From the NCBI GenBank assembly GCA_004376575.1, contig SOJN01000148.1, forward strand, positions 2 to 64,001: a stretch of DNA of 64,000 nt. Direction: 5' to 3'. The notes below the pieces were generated by a model. That model did no database searches. It was not told the DNA's origin and saw only the letters and a program-made list of their open reading frames with translations. Numbering within the stretch: the first letter of the stretch is position 1; the number at the start of each line of letters is the position of its first letter. Positions 58,508-64,000 of this stretch are shown here, piece after piece. The translations under genes were made by a program, and so were the position numbers. Origin of the DNA: a candidate division TA06 bacterium. GTDB lineage: Bacteria; Hydrothermota; DG-26; E44-bin18.

Positions 58508-61500
58508 ATGAATAAAAAGTGTTTGCTCATTGCCATGGCCATTCTTTTCACCTTCGGCTATGCCATGGCACAGGTGCCCAAAGTCTCACACATATATCCC
58601 GATGCTGGAATAAATACACAAAGCGTTGATGCCAAGATATACGGCGCCAACTTCCAAACAGATCCTATAAACGCAGTCAAACTTGTCAGGCCTGGCTACC
58701 CGGACATAGACGGAACCTCCATAAACATCGTCTCAGAGGAATACCTGACCTGCTCGTTTGACCTGACAGGCGATTCAACTGGCCTACATGACCTCACAGT
58801 CTCAAACAGTTCTGGCGAAGATACGCTGCCTCGGTGTTTTACAGTCTATACACCGTCTGGCTCTTCTCTCGTATGGGCAAGGACTGTAATAGATTCGGGC
58901 GCACCTGCCTCCTATTACATTGCTATGGGAGACGCTGATGGGGATCACGAAATCGAGCTATATGGTGCAAAAGGTTGGAGCATCTATCAATACAAATGGG
59001 ATGGGATGGGTTGGTCGAAAACCACCATAGGTGCCGGCAGCGATTACGTCATTGAGATCGCATTGGGGGATGTGAATCGCGATGGCAAGATCGAAATATA
59101 TGTTGCATGCCTGGACGACACACTGTACATGTTTGAGTGGAATGGCGTGTCCTGGATCCGAACACCTATTTGGGCCAGCAGCGGCGGCATACGAGGAGTT
59201 ACGATAGGAGACGCTGATGGTGACGGAGAAAATGAGCTGTACACCGCTGCCCGAGACAGCATCTTCGAGTTCGAGTGGAATGGCGTAGCCTGGCAGTGGT
59301 CAACCGTCGGAGCCTGTTCACTCAGCTTTTTGGGGTTTCGCACAGCTCTTGCAGTCGGAGATGGAAATGATGACGGTGAGATAGAACTATATGGATGTGC
59401 CGTCGACAGTACCATACAGTTCAAATGGGATGGAGTGAGTTGGGTAGAATCAGCAGTCGGTAGGCACACCGGCTTTGCGGTTGCCCTAGGTGACGGCAAC
59501 CGGGACGGAGATATGGAGACGTATGCTGGTGGTGACAGCATCCATCAATTCAAGTGGGACGGGGTGAATTGGACGAAGACACCGATGGGCAGCGTAGGAT
59601 TCCAGGCTGTTCGATTTGCGGTAGCAGATGGCAATGGGGATGCCGAAATCGAGGTATATGTGACGTCCGCTATGGATCCCGGTTTTGCCGTAATCCACGA
59701 ACTATGCCAGTATGAATGGACCGGTGCATCCTGGACAGAGACGACCATCTATTCGATCCCCAGTGTGGAAATACCTGGACTTGCGGTGGGGGACGGCAAC
59801 TATGACGGTGAGATGGAAGTGTATGTGGCAACAGAGAATGGTGACCTTTACCAGTTTAAGGCTGCGTTTATCCCTGACATCGAAGTGTCTGACACGGAAC
59901 ACGACTTCGGCCCGGTTCCTATCGGTGATTCGCTAGACTGGGAGTATCTCATCATAAGAAATGTTGGTGTTGACACCCTGTTTATCGACAGTATCCTGTC
60001 CGACACTGCTGACTATGGAGTGTTGGCCTCATTATTCTCCGACACGATACTTGCAGACGATTCGATGCTTGTGACTGTAAGGTTCAAGCCTTCTGCAGTT
60101 GACACCATAGCAGGAACGTTGTCAATCTTCTCAGATGACCCGGATGAAGCAGTGCTGAATGTTTCCCTTACGGGAGTCGGCATCATCCCTCCAAAGGTCA
60201 GCCATATCTACCCTGACGCAGGCATAAACACGAGTACTGTTGACGCCAAGATATACGGCGCCAAGTTTCAGACAGACCCCGTAAACGCAGTCAAACTTGT
60301 CAGGCCTGGCAGCCCGGACATAGACGGAACTTCAATAACCGTCGTCTCAGACGAGTATTTGACCTGTTCGTTCAACCTTACCGGAAACTCGACTGGCCTG
60401 TATGGCCTTGTAGTGTCAAACAGTTTTGGTAATGATACCCTCCCCGGGTGCTTTACCATATGTTCGCCGTCAGTGTCTCCATACATTTGGGAAAGGACAA
60501 CTGTCTACTCGGGCGGCGGGAGCATTGCTGGACTTGTCGTCGGAGATGCCGATAATGACGGAGATATAGAAATGTATCGTGCAAGCGGTTCGAGTTTGTT
60601 TCGGTTTGAATGGGATGGCTTCATGTGGGTCATGACATTTCTAGGTGGTGACGCATCTGGCATGTTCGACATCGTACTGGGAGATGGGAATGGGGACGAT
60701 GAACTGGAAATCTATGGCGCTTGTTATGACGATAGCGTCTATCAGTTCAAGTGGAATGGTTTTGACTTCACGAAGACAGCAGTCGGCGCTGTCAACAGCA
60801 GCATCCGCTCTCTTGCCTTGGGGGATGGAAATCGGGACGGCGAACTCGAGATTTACGCTTCTGACCTGGACAGTATCTATCAGTTCAGGTGGGACGGAAT
60901 AAGTTGGACAAGGACGACTGTTGGTGCATGTTCACTTGCTTCTATGTCGCTCCGAAGAGTCCTCATTGCCGGAGACGGGAATGATGATGGCGAAATTGAG
61001 CTATATACCTACAGCAGCGACAGTATCTATCAGTTCAAATGGGACGGAATCAGTTGGACAGAATCAGCTATCGCAGAGAACGTAGGTTTTGCCCTTGCAG
61101 TAGGAGATGGCGACCAGGATGGTGAGACGGAGATATACGCAGGTGGGGGCAGTATACACCAGTTCAAGTGGAACGGCACCTCGTGGGGCCAAACAATAAT
61201 CGGCAGCATAAACGGCGCCGTGTCCGGGCTCGTCGTGGGAGATGGCAACGGAGACGGAGAGATGGAGATATATGCAACAGTTGGTATGGAACTCGGTTAC
61301 CCCCCTGACATGGGTATTCATTATTTCAAGTGGGATGGAATACAATGGGCGAAGACAACAATTTCCAACTATGAATTGTATGAGCCTGCTGTGGGTGATG
61401 GCAACTATGACGGTGAGATGGAAGTATATGCGGCAACAGGGGGCGGCGATGTTTACCAGTTCAAGCCCGCCTTCATCCCAGACATAGAATTGGCTGAGAC

Positions 61501-63334
61501 TTCCCATGACTTCGGCTCAGTTCCTATCGGTGATTCGCTTGACTGGGAATATCTCGTCATCAGGAACGTGGGGGTTGACACGCTGTTTATCGACAGTCTC
61601 CTGTCCGATACCGCTGTTTATGCGGTGACGGAACCAACATTCCCCGATACAATACTCTCAGACGACTCAACGCTTGTGACCATAAGGTTCAAGCCTCTTG
61701 TCCCTGATACTGTATCGGGAACACTGAAAGTGTACTCAAATGACCCGGATGAACCTATGTTGAACATTTCGCTGACTGGTGCAGGGATAGCTTCAACGCC
61801 GCCGGACTCCTTCAGTCTCATTTCACCGCCAGATTCCGCGGTACTCGCAATCACGAGACCGACATTTATCTGGGGGGCCTCAGACGACACTCTGGAAGGG
61901 CTCAAAGATTATCATGTTTATATAGATCTTACCCTCAGGGACAGTACAGAGGACACCTCATGGACTTCAGATTTTGATCTGGCCGAAGCATGGCACGACT
62001 GGTACATAGTCGCCTATGACAGCGTGGGGAATCCGCAACAATCATCTGAGACCTGGGCTCTACTCATTGACACCACGGCTCCCTCAATTGTCACCTTGAT
62101 TTCACCCCCTGACAGTTCATATCTGAATGACACGACCGTCAACTTCGCGTGGCATCAGTCAACGGACAATCTCAGTGGTATCGACCACTATATGCTTCAG
62201 CATACCCCGGACAGCAGTTTCTCATCTGGTGTGATTGGAACAACTTCAATTGACACTGTGTTCACCCATTCATTGTCTGATTCTATTTACTACTGGAGAG
62301 CGAGGGCAGTTGACAAGGCTACTAATCAGGGCAACTGGTCGGATGTTTGGAATTTCACCATTGATACCGAAGTTCCCGACGCACCAACGCTCATTTCACC
62401 GACAAACGGGATATTCCTGAGTGACACTCTTGTCATATTCGAATGGAGCGAAGTGACAAGTCTTGCACTTTCCACTGCTCACGACCGAGACAAAAATAGA
62501 GGAGGTTCTCCGTTAATCTTACGATCCGCAATTACATATGTTTTTCAGGTAGATACACTCCTCGATTTTGTCTCTCCCCTACTTGTCGATACACTCGATA
62601 CGACCTCAACCACCTTATTCCTGTACGAGGACTTTCCATTTTGCTGGCGAGTGAAGGCCTATGATCCAGCGAATAATCAGGGGCCGTATGCTGATCCGGA
62701 TAGCTTCGGAGTCGATATCACCCCGCCAGTCATCGGATCTACCACTGTACTTGTTGACACCTCTTTCGTCGGACCGTTCGAAATCTTGACAAAAGCGACG
62801 GACAGCCTTGCAGGAGTAGATTCAGTCGTGCTCTGTTACAAAAGAGACGAGGACCCTGATTGGGTCTCTGTTGTAATGAGCCCGGCTGGTGCACCTGACT
62901 GGTATGTGGATTCAATACCGGCAGTCTCCAATGTGAACGACACGGTTCGGTATTATGTTGGTGCGTTCGATGCCGCTCAACCTCCAAATTCAGCAACAGA
63001 CCCGGAAGGCGCACCGGCTGAATACCATGTGTTCATTGGCAATTTTGTCGGTGTAGCGGAAGCGAAACATTTGCCTGGAGACTTCTTTTTCGGTCTGGAG
63101 AGAAATCCTGCCAGAAACAGAGTGTCCTTCCATCTGGAAATCCCAGAACCCGCTCTAATCTCTTTGGAGATTTACGATGTCTCAGGTAGGCTCATTGATA
63201 CTCCTATGAGGGGCGTAAGGCCTGCTGGGCTCTATGAAATAACCTGGGGCTCAGGCGTCACCTCGGGGGTTTACTTCTATTCCCTCGAATCCCCCTGGGG
63301 AAAGAGAACAGGGAAACTGGTCTTGATACGTTAG
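58508..63334 (+). CDS. Giant T9SS-sorted surface protein: signal peptide, 2x [Ig/IPT-like + 7-bladed FG-GAP/VCBS beta-propeller + ASH/choice-of-anchor-D domain], 3 FN3/Ig-like modules, T9SS C-terminal sorting domain
   Basis: Signal peptide MNKKCLLIAMAILFTFGYAMA (ATG 58508, GGAGG RBS). Repeated GDADGDGE(I/L)E(L/I)Y FG-GAP-like units. DFG.VPIGDSLDWEYL.IRNVGVDTLFI ASH-like domains. C-terminal ...GVYFYSLESPWGKRTGKLVLIR por-secretion tail. Confidence 0.75.
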   Translation: MNKKCLLIAMAILFTFGYAMAQVPKVSHIYPDAGINTQSVDAKIYGANFQTDPINAVKLVRPGYPDIDGTSINIVSEEYLTCSFDLTGDSTGLHDLTVSNSSGEDTLPRCFTVYTPSGSSLVWARTVIDSGAPASYYIAMGDADGDHEIELYGAKGWSIYQYKWDGMGWSKTTIGAGSDYVIEIALGDVNRDGKIEIYVACLDDTLYMFEWNGVSWIRTPIWASSGGIRGVTIGDADGDGENELYTAARDSIFEFEWNGVAWQWSTVGACSLSFLGFRTALAVGDGNDDGEIELYGCAVDSTIQFKWDGVSWVESAVGRHTGFAVALGDGNRDGDMETYAGGDSIHQFKWDGVNWTKTPMGSVGFQAVRFAVADGNGDAEIEVYVTSAMDPGFAVIHELCQYEWTGASWTETTIYSIPSVEIPGLAVGDGNYDGEMEVYVATENGDLYQFKAAFIPDIEVSDTEHDFGPVPIGDSLDWEYLIIRNVGVDTLFIDSILSDTADYGVLASLFSDTILADDSMLVTVRFKPSAVDTIAGTLSIFSDDPDEAVLNVSLTGVGIIPPKVSHIYPDAGINTSTVDAKIYGAKFQTDPVNAVKLVRPGSPDIDGTSITVVSDEYLTCSFNLTGNSTGLYGLVVSNSFGNDTLPGCFTICSPSVSPYIWERTTVYSGGGSIAGLVVGDADNDGDIEMYRASGSSLFRFEWDGFMWVMTFLGGDASGMFDIVLGDGNGDDELEIYGACYDDSVYQFKWNGFDFTKTAVGAVNSSIRSLALGDGNRDGELEIYASDLDSIYQFRWDGISWTRTTVGACSLASMSLRRVLIAGDGNDDGEIELYTYSSDSIYQFKWDGISWTESAIAENVGFALAVGDGDQDGETEIYAGGGSIHQFKWNGTSWGQTIIGSINGAVSGLVVGDGNGDGEMEIYATVGMELGYPPDMGIHYFKWDGIQWAKTTISNYELYEPAVGDGNYDGEMEVYAATGGGDVYQFKPAFIPDIELAETSHDFGSVPIGDSLDWEYLVIRNVGVDTLFIDSLLSDTAVYAVTEPTFPDTILSDDSTLVTIRFKPLVPDTVSGTLKVYSNDPDEPMLNISLTGAGIASTPPDSFSLISPPDSAVLAITRPTFIWGASDDTLEGLKDYHVYIDLTLRDSTEDTSWTSDFDLAEAWHDWYIVAYDSVGNPQQSSETWALLIDTTAPSIVTLISPPDSSYLNDTTVNFAWHQSTDNLSGIDHYMLQHTPDSSFSSGVIGTTSIDTVFTHSLSDSIYYWRARAVDKATNQGNWSDVWNFTIDTEVPDAPTLISPTNGIFLSDTLVIFEWSEVTSLALSTAHDRDKNRGGSPLILRSAITYVFQVDTLLDFVSPLLVDTLDTTSTTLFLYEDFPFCWRVKAYDPANNQGPYADPDSFGVDITPPVIGSTTVLVDTSFVGPFEILTKATDSLAGVDSVVLCYKRDEDPDWVSVVMSPAGAPDWYVDSIPAVSNVNDTVRYYVGAFDAAQPPNSATDPEGAPAEYHVFIGNFVGVAEAKHLPGDFFFGLERNPARNRVSFHLEIPEPALISLEIYDVSGRLIDTPMRGVRPAGLYEITWGSGVTSGVYFYSLESPWGKRTGKLVLIR

Positions 63335-63353
63335 TATTTCACCAAGGAGCTAC

Positions 63354-63809
63354 ATGATGGATAAGAATGCGCTTGTTGGCAGATGTGGCCTGTATTGCGG
63401 TGCGTGTGTCATATACAGAGCAGAAAGAGACGACCCTGAATGGCAGAAGCGGCTAGCTGAGCACTTCAAGTGCCCACCTGAGAAGGTGAGCTGCCAGGGG
63501 TGCGGCGCGCTCACTCCGAATTGCTGGGGTAATGACTGCGAGATGGTCAAATGCCTGGATGAAAGAGGTTACCAGTTTTGCTACGAGTGCTCGGAATACG
63601 AGGCTAAGACCTGTGATAAGTTTGAGGAGATTTGGAAGCGTTACTCCGAGGAAGACTCCGTGGATCTGAGAAAGAATCTATCAAGGATAAAAGAAGGCAA
63701 GGTGGAAGAGTGGCTCAAGGAGAGCGAAAAGCTTTACACTTGCCCACACTGTGGCAAGCCAATAACGACCGGTGCAAAGAAGTGCCATCACTGTAAACAA
63801 CAGTTGTAA
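63354..63809 (+). CDS. Cysteine-rich DUF3795-like small protein (putative metal-binding)
   Basis: 151 aa. CGLYCGACVIY...CQGCGA...CWGNDCEMVKC...CYECSEYEAKTC...CPHCG...CHHC. Pattern typical of the DUF3795 family. Confidence 0.45.
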   Translation: MMDKNALVGRCGLYCGACVIYRAERDDPEWQKRLAEHFKCPPEKVSCQGCGALTPNCWGNDCEMVKCLDERGYQFCYECSEYEAKTCDKFEEIWKRYSEEDSVDLRKNLSRIKEGKVEEWLKESEKLYTCPHCGKPITTGAKKCHHCKQQL

Positions 63810-63914
63810 GATGCAAGACAAATGAAGCTGTCAGCCGTCAGCTAAGCCAAAAAACAAGGCCACAATCAAGCAATCAGTTCTTCCATTTTGCCCTTCGGGC
63901 TTTGTAATCGTGTT

Positions 63915-63972
63915 GTCATTCTGAGGCGCCCGACGAAGCCACGAAGGGCGTAGTCGTGGCGCCGAAGAATCC
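63915..63972. repeat. GC-rich inverted-repeat element GTCATTCTGAGGCGCC...GGCGCCGAAGAATCC (family B-related)
   Basis: Imperfect palindrome downstream of the DUF3795 gene. Shares GTCATT..GAG..CGAAGC architecture with 29891-29925 and 14631-14655. Confidence 0.5.
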
Positions 63973-64000
63973 GCTTGCGCCAAGTTCATCCTTCTAGTAG

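Noticed and set aside
63809-63850. AGCTGTCAGCCGTCAGCT downstream of the DUF3795 gene as a rho-independent terminator
   Set aside because: It is not a clean inverted repeat (direct repeat of TCAGC instead) and has no U-tract. The stronger GC hairpin lies further downstream at 63915-63972.

Overview
This 64-kb window appears to come from an uncultured anaerobic diderm (LPS-containing) bacterium, possibly of the FCB superphylum or a candidate phylum. The diderm call rests on a conserved kdsDCAB-lptCAB-rpoN-hpf-hprK block and a type IX secretion C-terminal sorting domain on a giant surface protein; GC content was not computed. The first ~30 kb is an accessory, anaerobic aromatic/alicyclic acyl-CoA catabolic island made of three tightly coupled operons. 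Operon 1 (245-7554) encodes a stand-alone HgdB/BcrB-family Fe-S protein with a single activase ATPase, an ADP-forming acyl-CoA synthetase, and two AMP-forming acyl-CoA ligases. Operon 2 (7773-14557) encodes the ring-cleaving 6-oxocyclohex-1-ene-1-carbonyl-CoA hydrolase BamA/Oah, two thiolases, a reversed-order hydroxyacyl-CoA dehydrogenase/enoyl-CoA hydratase fusion, and an SDR. Operon 3 (21695-29770) is a Bzd-type class I benzoyl-CoA reductase with four subunits in the order gamma-beta-delta-alpha. It also carries an Alvin-like ferredoxin, an 831-aa multi-cluster NAD(P)H flavoprotein that is a candidate ferredoxin reductase, and an M24 peptidase. A winged-helix/GNAT fusion protein upstream is the candidate regulator. 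The operons are separated by unrelated genes (VOC protein, two methyltransferases, aminopeptidase C, RsgA). At least two families of hairpin-forming intergenic repeats recur at more than ten sites, including a repeat-dense 700-bp spacer at 29770-30465. The second half of the window is core genome. It contains archaeal/eukaryal-type PheRS alpha/beta, hprK, hpf, uppP, a UbiA prenyltransferase, rpoN, lptBAC, lpxL, kdsDCAB, pyrG, rpsA, ispH, plsC, cmk, rluB, scpB, murJ and rpsT. It ends with a 1608-aa T9SS-sorted FG-GAP/ASH-domain surface protein carrying a recent internal tandem duplication, followed by a Cys-rich DUF3795-like protein.
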